Positions 10,896 to 22,163 of a stretch of 34,759 nucleotides of DNA are shown here, piece after piece; position 1 is the stretch's first letter, and each line of letters begins with the position of its first letter. Both the position numbers and the translations under genes were made by a program. The stretch lies in the NCBI RefSeq assembly GCF_001194135.2, contig NC_068982.1:28092748-28127506 (forward strand), read 5' to 3'. Under the pieces are notes generated by a model. The model worked only from the letters and a program-made list of their open reading frames with translations. It was not told where the DNA came from and searched no databases. This DNA is from Octopus bimaculoides (Eukaryota).

Positions 10896-11514
10896 ATATA
10901 TATATATATATGTAGCGGGCTGGATGTGATATCAGGTTGATATGATGTAGGCCACTACTGAATGTAGTGTGTAGATGTAACGCTTGAAGGTTCTCGCGTC
11001 GGAGTACCAGTAAACATCGAAGAATCAACACCAAGAAAGAAGAAATATTATTTACATATGTTTATTCGTTTGCCCAACAAGTAGTTAAGGAGTCTTTAGC
11101 AATTCTAGTGCTAGTGACAACAAGGATGGCTCGCTGGTTAGTAGTTGATAGTGTAGAAAAAGGTTGTCTGTCAGTAGAGAGTGACAGAGTAAGGAATGCA
11201 CGGCGCTGACAAGAAAGGATAGAGGTGGCATCATCTTTTTTGCGGCCGAGGAAAGTGCTGCTGTTGGTCATGTCTGATGCAAAAGAACGTGTTGCTCGTT
11301 GGTCATAGCTGACACATAAGAGGAAGAGATAGAAAATTCTCTCTGTTATATAGAGTATGGTCAGTAATGTAGGTCAAACCCTAAACAAAGGACTGACCTT
11401 TCCTTGATCAGCACCGAGTGTTTCCTCATCAATCATCTGGTGTGGAGATGATTTCCCGCTCGTTTTGACAAGCAGGTGGATTTGGTTTCAAATCTCAAGC
11501 AGGGTCTATATATA

Positions 11515-11980
11515 TACAGACTGCGGTGAATAAACTGTCGTCTAACTTACGCAGAAATGAAAATAACACTGACGTCTCATTTTAACAGATATATTTACCA
11601 AAATTGCATAAAAATATCTTGAAATACTAAAGAGTAAATTTATTCAATAAAATCGCTATTGGTTTCAACCACGACCTCCAGATAACTTCGGAATCTCCTG
11701 CAACTCTTTTGAACGGTCTTCTTGTTTAAGTTGGTGAATGCTGCCATAACCCTTGCCTTCAGTCCATCTTTGGTGTTTCAAGGAGTTTTGTTGGTCTCTT
11801 GCTCAACTACGCCCCACACATAATAATCAAGGAGGTTGTAGTCGGAGGAGGTAGGTGGTCAGAGTTTAGGGGCGATGTGGTCACAGAAATTGTCTGACAA
11901 CCATGCCTGGATTCTCTTGCTTGTGTGTCATGGTGTAGAGTCCTGTTACCAGACACAGGGCCTTCCAGCAGCCACCCTCT
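11515..11980 (-). mobile_element. Tc1/mariner maT (DD37D) transposase pseudogene, C-terminal part plus element end
   Basis: RVAAGRPCVW*QDSTP...PPTSSDYNLLDYYVWGVVE...FRSYLEVVVETNSDFIE*, with 37 residues between the D of QDS and the D of LLDY. The end TA|CAGACTGCGGTGAATAAA is TIR-like. Confidence 0.8.
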
Positions 11981-12407
11981 GGTGGCTACTTTTTCTAACA
12001 GGTCATGCAACCATATACAGCCTCCGTCGTTGGTCTGTCTCAGTAATAATTTTCTTGTTATTTAGCCTCAAATCAACCCTGATACAGCAAACCTATGTTG
12101 CTATAAAAACATCTCTGGTTATTAAAGAAGGGTTTTGTTAGGGAAGTGGACCTAGAAGTTGTTCGCAAACAGCAGCAGTAATTTTCTTCAGCTGAATACA
12201 CGTCATTGATTGGTTAAAATTACCCAAATACGACAACTTTAACACGAAATATCTTCTAAAATACAAAATTTCGTCCAAAACGTTAAGAGTAAACCCTGCT
12301 CTATCTGACACATTCTACCAGTATCCGAAATTTCAAAGTGTTTAGTTAAAAAATATTAATTAAAAAATCTGGCCGTCAAATTGAAAAGATCGGAATGGAG
12401 TAGATAA

Positions 12408-13295
12408 GATCCGGGCTACATATGTTTCATAGCGAGTGAAACCTCAGAAGTGGTAAATATCCAATCGAGGTGTATACTGCAGGCTACTCTTCAGGCCAAG
12501 GATATCTTGATTAAATGAAAGATTACATTGCCGCAAGGAGGTATATGTTAATACGTGGAAGATTCAATCAGAATGTGTAGAGAGCACAGTAGGAGAGGAG
12601 AATATAAATGTTGAGAGAAATAAGTATTAGAAAGAACAAATAAAAAATATAAGGGAGTGAGAGGAATGAGGAATTTAAGCAAGGTCATTTGACCGGTAGT
12701 ATTCAATAGGGCTAATCACAGAGATTAGTAAGGGGAGTGGTATTTGAAAAAAAACCGGATAATGTGGAGGGAAGAGGGTGGGGAAATATTTCTGACCAAG
12801 AGAGAAAAAAATGTGCGCATGAAGAAAGCAAGAGAGAAAGAGGAATTTAAGCACGGTCATTTGACCGGTAGTGTTCAATAGGGGTCTGCAGAATAACCGG
12901 ATCATTTCCGAGTCTTTCACATGAAGTTACACAGCCATTTGGCCTATGCATTCCTTTTGTTGGGATATGGTTATTATTATTCGAGATGCTGACTGCATTC
13001 ATACTCTCCTACTAATATTCTTATTATCTATCCTATTGTTATATTCCTTAGTATAGCTAATTTCCTTTTCATTATAATCGTTGTTTCCAAGCAACTGTGT
13101 ACGTGTCCTACCGACCTTCGGTGCATTCCCATTAACCACCCTAGGAATATATCGGATTTTATCGGTGTATCCAACTCTAGCCAAAGCGGTGTTAGAAGTA
13201 TTCTTCACTCTGCCTGAAAATCTCCTCCTTAATTGAGAGTCTAGATACACAATGAGAGATATTCCTAACTAACTGCTTTGTTCACATTTTATCCG
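12408..13295 (-). mobile_element. Penelope-like retroelement remnant (RT C-terminal/linker fragment plus 3' hammerhead)
   Basis: Frameshifted KQLVRNISHCVSRLSIKEEIF..EY/NTALARVGYTDKIRYIP at ~13140-13280 resembles the PLE linker motif. A hammerhead lies downstream on the same strand. No GIY-YIG domain is recognisable. Confidence 0.6.
12414..12497 (-). ncRNA. Type I hammerhead ribozyme (minimal, Penelope-type)
   Basis: Minus strand reads GGC-CUGAAGA-GUAGC-(49 nt)-GCUAU-GAAAC-AUAU-GUA|GCC. The core is complete, with a 5-bp stem II, palindromic ACAUAUGU stem III, 3-bp stem I and a GUA cleavage triplet. Confidence 0.75.
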
Positions 13296-13386
13296 TGTGG
13301 TAATGTTGCGTTAAGAAGATACAAGAAGAAACTTACAAAACTTTTTAAAACTTAGGGCTCTCTATCTCATTGGAGAAAGTCTAGAG

Positions 13387-13559
13387 CAGTGGTTCCCAAA
13401 CTGGGGTCCGCAAAGGTAGTACTGGGAGTCCGTGAATTAAATTAAAAATTTCATATACATACATACATACATAAGGATAAGCATATTGAAAGGGGTCCGT
13501 GGCAAAACTCATTTAAATAAAAGGGTTGGGAACCACTGTGAAAAGGTTGGGAACCATTA
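13387..13559. mobile_element. hAT (Charlie/Buster-type) MITE with an 8-bp target-site duplication
   Basis: TIR CAGTGGTTCCCAA / TTGGGAACCA(CTG); TSD GTCTAGAG at 13379-13386 and 13560-13567. Confidence 0.88.
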
Positions 13560-13769
13560 GTCTAGAGCGTAATACATTTTCTGGATGTTACACTGGAGCT
13601 TAGTACTGGTTATATCATCCGTACTGCAAGCCCAATGGCAACATCGAAAACGTTAATGGAAGATCAAACTATCCAATCGTGAGTGCATAATTTTCTCACC
13701 TAAAGTAATGCCATTAATCCTGTTCTTGAATATATTTCACTGAAAGGAAGTCTATTTAACGTTTGTCGT

Positions 13770-14142
13770 CTATTCTTCTATTCTTCTATTCTTTTATTCT
13801 TTTACTTGTTTCAGTCGTCAGACTGCAGCCATGTTTGGACATTGCATTGAAGGCTTTAGTCGAACAAATCGACCACAGTAAATTTTTTTTAAAAGTCTAA
13901 TGCTTATTCTCTCGGGTATTTTCTGCCGAACCGCTATGTTACGAGGACATAAACAAACCAACACCAGTGAGGAGCAAACAAAAACACAAACACTCCTCTG
14001 CATATATGAATATACGACGCGATTCTTTCACAAGACTTTGGTCGGCACGAGGCTAAAGTAGAAAACACGTAATGTGCCACGCAGTGAGACTGAACTCGGA
14101 ACCATGTAGTTTGGAAGCAAGCTTCTTACCACACACTGCGCC
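13770..14142 (-). mobile_element. CORE-type SINE (same family as 2620-3030)
   Basis: Same head, core and tail; (TATTCT)n tail expansion. Confidence 0.85.
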
Positions 14143-14695
14143 TTTAACAACTATTTTTGAATATTTTTTAGCTAATGGAATTATGTCTAATGGTTGTAAA
14201 CTTGAAATTCTTAAATAATCTAGAAAGACTATGTTATTACATTCAATCGTCTACTGAGAATTGCTTTGCACTCAAATAACCTCACACACTTTAATACATT
14301 CTCCTCCTTAACGGACAAATTAATGTAGTCATTAAGCAGGCTATATTCTTATCGTCTTCTTACAGACTTCATTTCACTAGTATCTGATAAAAACTTTACC
14401 TCCCAAAAGTATGAACTCGCTATAAGATAATAAATAATGAGAGGAAATCTGATATTTTTTCTTTTAGTTATCCTTTTCCGCTAATTCTGATTGCGTATAT
14501 CTTTCAGAAAACATCTAACACATACTTTAAAAACTCTGGTGAATATTGCTCGGGAGATGTCTGTTCCATATATTGATTAATTAATCGATTAGTTAATGAA
14601 TAAATTTAGCATGCAGACCATAATATACTATGGATAGAGCTCACTGAATCATTTTTCATTCTTTATTTTATTACTGTTATAAAAAAAAAAAAAAA

Positions 14696-14940
14696 TGCGC
14701 CTTTCTAAAGCCTAACCAGGTTCATAGGCCCGGTTTCCCGGTTTCAATGGCGTATGTGTTCCCCAGTTGGACGAGACGCCAGTCTATCGCAGCGTTACTC
14801 ATTTTTGCCAGCTGTGTAGACTGGAGCAACGTGAAATGAAGTGTTTTGTTCAAGAACACAACGCATCGCCCGGTCCAGGAATCGAAACCACAATCTTACG
14901 ATCATGATGCTGACACCCTAACCACTAAGCCACGCGCCTC
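14696..14940 (-). mobile_element. tRNA-derived SINE (third family)
   Basis: Head GAGGCGCGTGGCTTAGTGG (A box) and GGTTTCGATTCC (B box); related copies at 21.9-22.2 and 31.6-31.8 kb. Confidence 0.8.
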
Positions 14941-15222
14941 ACCGTTGCTGTTATACCCTGTGATTAATACACCAAATTACTTATTAGTGATGAACTTCGG
15001 ATTAACAGTTTATCACCTGTTACACAGCATTAATAACTGCTGTTATCACCTGTTTGCACCTGTTACACAGCATTAATAACTGCTGTTATCTTGATTGGAC
15101 ATCCTGCTAGCTGGGTTTATAAGACAGAGTGCTTGCCGAAGTATTCGCTGGATTCCTATTTTCCATCATTATACATACATACATACATACATACATAGAA
15201 TACCAACATACAACTGTTGTTA

Positions 15223-15297
15223 GGGATCTCTTAGCTAAATGGTACAGAGCGCTCAACCAGAATTTAAGAGATGCAGAGTTCGAATTCCCGTGGAGGC
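15223..15297 (+). pseudogene. tRNA-like sequence (pseudo-tRNA or isolated SINE head)
   Basis: TAGCTAAATGG A box and GAGTTCGAATTC B box at tRNA spacing; stems are imperfect. Confidence 0.4.
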
Positions 15298-15624
15298 TTA
15301 CTGGCCACGTTTCCCCCATCTTCTAAGGGTATTTATCTGATTTTCGAAGCTGTTTTCATAACCTTTCTGCGTTCGAGAGTTCTTTTATATTCTGTAGAAT
15401 ACCGACATACTCGACGTTTTCTAGGGGTACGGAACGAAGAAACATTTGTGAAGTCCGGACCGAGACTATAATTACTCAAATGAGTTTTGCACAAAATCTG
15501 GAACGATGGGTTTTCGTTTAATCTATTAAAAGTTGTCTCCCTTGCACAAGCTATTTTCAATCGACTAGTAACAATAATAACATGAACTATTAGACATTAT
15601 ATATATATATATATATATATATAT

Positions 15625-15745
15625 CTTCGAAACGTCGAGTTAGAATAGAGGCAGCTGATGAAGAAATAATTCCAAGTGGCTGTCTGTTTTCCTATGTGTT
15701 CGTTCCGTTGTCTGTACTTCATTGTTCTAACGTCCTGTACCCTGA
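15625..15745 (+). mobile_element. Second, truncated copy of the same hammerhead-motif repeat family
   Basis: CTTCGAAACGTCGAG (GAAACGTC at 15629-15636), CTGATGA at 15655-15661, and a GTCCTGTACCC end; flanked by (TA)n. Confidence 0.45.
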
Positions 15746-15749
15746 GATG

Positions 15750-15910
15750 CATCTATATACACATGTAGATGTAAGTATGTACATATATGTGTGTATACAT
15801 GCATATATATTCTTTGTATTATATATATATATATATATGTATGTATATGTATATGTGTATATACATATGTATATATATATATGCATATGTATACATATAT
15901 ACATATACAT
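15750..15910. repeat. Degenerate (TA)n microsatellite
   Basis: Seen directly. Confidence 0.9.
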
Positions 15911-16124
15911 TTCTTTTACATGTTTCAGTCATTTGACTGCGGCCATGCTGGAGCACCGCCTTTAGTCGAACAAATCGATCCCAGAACTTATTCCTTGTAA
16001 GTCTAGTATTTATGCTATCGGTCTCTTTTGCCGAATCGTTAAGTTACCCCGGGACGGAAACTCACCGACATCGGTTGTCAAGCGATGGCCGGGGGACAAA
16101 CACACACACAAATATATAAATAAA

Positions 16125-16528
16125 ATAAGGTGTGTTATGAGCATTTATAGTCCATGCATCCTATAGAAACTCAACAAACAATTAAAGATGGGAAAGAGTT
16201 CATAATCATATTACGAATATCCGAACATGTTATATGACACTCACTCCATCTAGTCTTCTGTAACAATATAATATTCTTCTGATGAATTCTGTTTGATATG
16301 TTCTTCTTCCGCACTGAGGAGAACGGTAATATGTAATTAATTTAATTATAATTAAATTAATTAAAAAAGTTTTTCCATGTTTCTTACATGTTAATATTAC
16401 CGTTCGAAACGATCGTGGGCATGGATTAAAATTTTATAAAACTTTTAACACCTTCTCTTCTTCATCTTTAATCATTTGTTGAGTTTCTATAGGATACGTG
16501 TTCTATAAATGCTCATAACACACCTTAT
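16125..16528. mobile_element. Non-autonomous element with 66-bp terminal inverted repeats, TA-flanked, carrying a hammerhead core
   Basis: 16125-16190 versus the reverse complement of 16463-16528 differ at 6 of 66 positions; TA at both ends. Confidence 0.75.
16309..16425 (+). ncRNA. Hammerhead ribozyme core with a degenerate cleavage site
   Basis: CUGAGGA (16314-16320), perfect 12-bp stem II (GAACGGTAATAT / ATATTACCGTTC), GAAAC (16406-16410) and palindromic ACGAUCGU. The triplet is GUG and stem I is imperfect. Confidence 0.6.
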
Positions 16529-16661
16529 ATTTGTAATATGTTCATATTCGTAAAATACTTACAATAGTAAGCTACCAATTTGATATGAAGAGACTTTATT
16601 AGAAATCTAACTTTGGAACCCCACAAAGTAAAGGATGAAATAGAACTCAGCCTTTTCTCAC

Positions 16662-16712
<51 letters not shown>

Positions 16713-17204
16713 NNNNNNNNNNNNNNNNNNNNNNNNNNNNNNNNNTCTTTCAGTTTCCGTCTACCAAATCCACTCACAAGGCTTGGGCTGGCTGGCCCGA
16801 GGCTAGAGTAGAAGACATTTGCCCAAGGCACCACGCAGTGGGACTGAATCTGGAACCATATGGTTGAGAAGCAAGCTTCTTACCACACAGCCATTACTAA
16901 TATATATATATATATTCCATTATGTCGGGAGGAACTTTCCCGGTTGTTGTACCATCTATCTTGGTATTTTCGTCTGTTTTTAGGATTGTTTTGTTTTAAT
17001 AAGTTTCTTTGTGTTCGTTTGTTTGTGTGTATTCTTATTGGTGTTGTTTTTTCGTTTGTTTTTTCAATGTTGACGTTAGCAATTTTTGATTGCTGGGGCT
17101 TCGTCTTTGAAATGAAAATGTAGGAGTTGTTATTCTTTGATTATTTTTCGATCTGATGGCGAAATTGGTATGGACGGGTTTATGTTTCTTTTTGTTGGAA
17201 TTCC

Positions 17205-18968
17205 TGCTCAACTTTACCAAGTTATACATGGAGCAAATAATACTCCAACAAATCAAGGCAAACAAAATACTCGATCTCTGTTTCACAAACAATGTGGCAT
17301 CCATAATGTGAAAGTGACACAGACGCTTGTCTCGAATCACAACATGATAGAGCCGACCATGTATGGACCAAAGGAACCCACAGATATGCAGCCTATGAGA
17401 AGCACCGAATCTGAACTACCACAAAGCAGATTGGAAATCAATTGAGAAAGAGATCACCAAATAGGACTGGTCCCAATATCTCTGTACACCTGGCATATAC
17501 ATGAAACTGAAAACCTTCATGCCCATAATGCAAGCTATATGCTACATTTTTGTCCCAGAGAGAAGGGCCGCTGCACATAAAAATTAAGATATCCAGGGAG
17601 AGAAAAATTCTTATGAGACGGCGTACAAAGATTGCAAACCGCCTCAACAGAGAACTCAACAGCGGCGAGAAAATCTGCCTGGAAACAACACTACTGGAGA
17701 TTATGAAACAACCGAAGCACTCTCACGAGAAGGAAAGATCCTGACAGAGAAGCCTGGGCCATAAGAAATATAAAATCAGACCCTAAAGCCTTCTTTAGGT
17801 ACGCCAAACTAACTGCTTTTGTGCATTGAAGGGTAGGACCACTCCTCCAAAAAGATGGCTCCCTCACGGGAAACTCAATGAGGATAAGTAAAACACCGAA
17901 CGAACAATTCAAAAGTGTCTTCACCCCACCCCTACGGCATATGCAAGTTAGCAAACCTGTAGAATTCTTTACCACTACTGAAGCTGAATGGGAGACAATA
18001 ACAATTGATTACATCAACATCGAACAAGATGGTGTAATACTGGCAATAGATGTAGATGCAAACTCAGCTGCCGGGTCCCCTGGATTCCCAACAGTTCTTC
18101 TCAAGTCATGCAAACGAGTCCTTGCAAAACCACTGCATCTTCTTTTTCAGAGCTTCCACGCAAATAGTAAGCTCTGGGGCAAACTAAAGGAGGGATTAAT
18201 ATGCCCATAAAGGAGGGATAAAAGCAGATGCTAAAAACTATAGACTTATCTCTCTGACCTCACACATCAGAAAAATCATGGAACGAATAGTCCGAAGGAA
18301 ATTAATTGCATCCCTTGAAGAGAATGACTTGCTGACTGACACCCAGCATGGTTTCCAACCAAGTAGAAGTTGCCTGATGCAGCTCTTGCAGCATTACGAC
18401 TGGGTGCTAAAGCAGTTGTTCAACAACTCAAATGTGAACGTGATATATCTCGACTTTGAAAAAAAACTTTGACAAAGTCGACCATGGTATGATTTGCCAT
18501 AAGCTGCGGAATCTTGGCATAGTTGAAAACTTGGAGAATGGCTCAACGGGGCCCACCTCCAAGGAATCATAAATAACGAGTGGATTTCCACAGGGTACTG
18601 TCCTGGGGACGCTGCAATTCATAGTGGTCCTCCCTGACATGCCCTCAGCTGCTCAGGTAGCAACCTTTTCTAGCTATGCAGACGATACAAGAGTCTCTCA
18701 GAGGATACAGAACCCTGGAGATGTTGCGCATCTGCAACGTGAGTCGGACGCAATATACAGGTGGGCTGAGAAAAATAATATGCAGTTTAATGTTGGAAAA
18801 TTCCAAACCTTGCGTTACCAACATATGAAGCTCAATGAAAAGCAGATAGGATACACTGGCCCAAGGTGGGTTACAATCCCTGAATCAAAATCAGTGCGTG
18901 ATCTGGGCATCGACATAAGCAATGATGCATCTTTTCTGATGCATATTACCAATTTGGCAATAAAATGA
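17205..18968 (+). mobile_element. Decayed CR1-like LINE ORF2 (endonuclease end plus RT), truncated
   Basis: NYRLISLTSHIRKIMERIVR, QHGFQPSRSCLMQL, VIYLDF/FDKVDH, PQGTVLG, SSYADDT and SVRDLGI, with many stops and frameshifts. Confidence 0.88.
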
Positions 18969-18984
18969 AGAGACGACGTTTCCT

Positions 18985-19310
18985 TGTTTTTGGCAATTAT
19001 TTGAGCGACCAAGTAACTTGCCTCTTGAGCTTTGTCTGATGTCTTCAATCTCTTTATGAACGTTGAAGCCTGCTTTTTTTCTTTTTAGAGATTTTGAAAG
19101 TTCATTGAAGTATTCCTCTGGCTTTGTTGACAAATTTCCGTGCCTAGTGCTGAAATGACGCTTTAATTTGTTTGGTACCATACTTTCGTTTGCAAGTATA
19201 TCCTCACAAACTAAACACAGGGGACGAGGGTTGTTTTTATTTCCAGAAAATGTGAAGCCCAGTTTTATAAAATCTTTGTTGAATAAACGTGGCTTAAAAG
19301 TTTTTCCTGT
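18985..19310 (-). mobile_element. hAT Buster/Charlie transposase N-terminal (BED-finger) fragment
   Basis: FIKLGFTF..PRPLCLVCEDILANESMVPNKLKRHFSTRH, then frameshifted KAQEASYLVAQIIAK. Confidence 0.85.
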
Positions 19311-19343
19311 GCCATTCTCATATACATAAATATACATGCATAC

Positions 19344-19386
<43 letters not shown>

Positions 19387-19639
19387 CACACATATATATA
19401 TGTGTGTGTATGTGTGTATAGACAATTCAAGAAACGGACGTATGGACGTACCACAAGCAATGTATGAATAAGATCCTCAGAGAAGAAAAAGTGTAGTAGT
19501 TTTAGGTTTCGGGCATAGCACTTCTTTGGAAACAGGAAAGTTCAAGACGAAGGAGGAAACAAATCGCCCACAATCACGTGCAGCTACATTTTAGAAGTGA
19601 CCGGAAGTAGAAGGAATGAAGAGAGTGTGAAAATGGTCA

Positions 19640-19746
19640 GTATGTGTGTGTGGTAGTGTCTGTGAGTGTGTGTGTGCAAGCGTATGTATGTATTGTAGCG
19701 TATGTGTGGCAGTAATTGCGCGTGCGCGTGCGCGTATGTGTTAGGA

Positions 19747-19779
<33 letters not shown>

Positions 19780-20026
19780 AAGTCGCTCTGAGAGGTCAGC
19801 AGTTATAGTGACAGGTGTGAATGTGTGTATGTGTTTGCATGTGTGCGTAGATGGAACGGTAAATGGTGAGCCAGAGGCAGTCTGAAGAAGATATGTGTAT
19901 GTGTGTGTATGTGTTGGCATGTGTGCGTAGACGGAATGGGAACGTGTATATGTGTGTGTGCACATGTGTATGGATGCGTGTGTGTGTCTCTCTCTCTGCG
20001 TGTCATTCTGTTTCACTCTATCGCTG

Positions 20027-20062
<36 letters not shown>

Positions 20063-21525
20063 NNNNNNNNNNNNNNNNNNNNNNNNNNNNNNNNNNNNNN
20101 NNNNNNNNNNNNNNNNNNNNNNNNNNNNNNNNNNNNNNNNNNNNNNNNNNNNNNNNNNNNNNNNNNNNNNNNNNNNNNNNNNNNNNNNNNNNNNNNNNNN
20201 NNNNNNNNNNNNNNNNNNNNNNNNNNNNNNNNNNNNNNNNNNNNNNNNNNNNNNNNNNNNNNNNNNNNNNNNNNNNNNNNNNNNNNNNNNNNNNNNNNNN
20301 NNNNNNNNNNNNNNNNNNNNNNNNNNNNNNNNNNNNNNNNNNNNNNNNNNNNNNNNNNNNNNNNNNNNNNNNNNNNNNNNNNNNNNNNNNNNNNNNNNNN
20401 NNNNNNNNNNNNNNNNNNNNNNNNNNNNNNNNNNNNNNNNNNNNNNNNNNNNNNNNNNNNNNNNNNNNNNNNNNNNNNNNNNNNNNNNNNNNNNNNNNNN
20501 NNNNNNNNNNNNNNNNNNNNNNNNNNNNNNNNNNNNNNNNNNNNNNNNNNNNNNNNNNNNNNNNNNNNNNNNNNNNNNNNNNNNNNNNNNNNNNNNNNNN
20601 NNNNNNNNNNNNNNNNNNNNNNNNNNNNNNNNNNNNNNNNNNNNNNNNNNNNNNNNNNNNNNNNNNNNNNNNNNNNNNNNNNNNNNNNNNNNNNNNNNNN
20701 NNNNNNNNNNNNNNNNNNNNNNNNNNNNNNNNNNNNNNNNNNNNNNNNNNNNNNNNNNNNNNNNNNNNNNNNNNNNNNNNNNNNNNNNNNNNNNNNNNNN
20801 NNNNNNNNNNNNNNNNNNNNNNNNNNNNNNNNNNNNNNNNNNNNNNNNNNNNNNNNNNNNNNNNNNNNNNNNNNNNNNNNNNNNNNNNNNNNNNNNNNNN
20901 NNNNNNNNNNNNNNNNNNNNNNNNNNNNNNNNNNNNNNNNNNNNNNNNNNNNNNNNNNNNNNNNNNNNNNNNNNNNNNNNNNNNNGGATGTGTGTGTGTG
21001 TGGATGTGTGTGTGTGGATGTGCGTTTGTGGATGTGTGTGTGGATGTGTGTGTGTGTGGATGTGTGTGTGTGGATGTGTGTGTGTGGAAGTGTATGTACG
21101 TGCTTGTATATGTGTGCATGTGTGCGTGCGTTGAGTGTGCTTGTGGGTGTCTATGTGTGTGTGCGCGTACGTGTGAGTGTGTGTGTGTGCATATGTGTAT
21201 GGGTGCGTGTATGTGTTTCTCACTATGTCACTCTGTCTCTCGATGTGTATATATATACGTGTGTGTGCGTGTGTGTGTATGTGTACGAGTGTACGTGTGG
21301 GGATATGTGTGTCTCTATGTGCGTGTGAGTGTGTGTGGAAGTGAATGTACGTGCGCGTATATGTGTGCATGTGTGTGTGCGTTTTGTGTGTGTGTGTTGT
21401 GTGTGGAGGGTTGTGTGTGTGTATTGTGTGTGTGGAGGTATATGTACGTTCATGTGTGCGTGCGTGCGTGCATGCGAGTGTGTGTATGTGTGTGGTAGTG
21501 CGAGTGTGTGTGCGCGTGCGCGCCA
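19640..21525. repeat. Degenerate (TG)n/(TA)n microsatellite block with a gap at 20063-20985
   Basis: Seen directly. Confidence 0.95.
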
Positions 21526-21795
21526 GTAACAGAAAACAAAATCAGTAACAGAAATAAATATAAATTATAAGAAAAAATAAACGAATAAAAAAAGATTGAG
21601 TAAAATGTTTTTTATAAAAGGGTGTGTGGGGAGAATCATTGGGAGGAGGGTTGTGTTGAGTCTGAAGGGAGTTTCAGTACGTAGAATGAAAAAGTAACGC
21701 TGTTCCAGGCGGAATCTAGAATTAGTGGATCTATGGTATAACTTAAATATGTTTCCACCAAAGATTGGCCCAGGTCATGTCTAACTTAAGAGCAC

Positions 21796-22163
<368 letters not shown>

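Larger units (their letters stand above)
15911..16897 (-). mobile_element. CORE-type SINE in two halves (15911-16110 and 16746-16897), separated by the TIR element, ~135 nt of other sequence, (CA)n and a gap
   Basis: The two halves correspond to the 3' and 5' parts of the 2620-3030 copy. Confidence 0.75.

Noticed and set aside
11410-11445. TTGATGAG-GAAAC string on the minus strand
   Set aside because: No stem II, no valid NUH triplet and a mutated core.
10911-11553. Possible solo LTR (TG...AATAAA...CA)
   Set aside because: The apparent AATAAA/CA end belongs to the adjacent mariner terminus; there is no TSD or primer-binding site.
15223-15297. Functional tRNA gene
   Set aside because: The acceptor and anticodon stems are mismatched; it is better explained as a pseudogene or SINE head.
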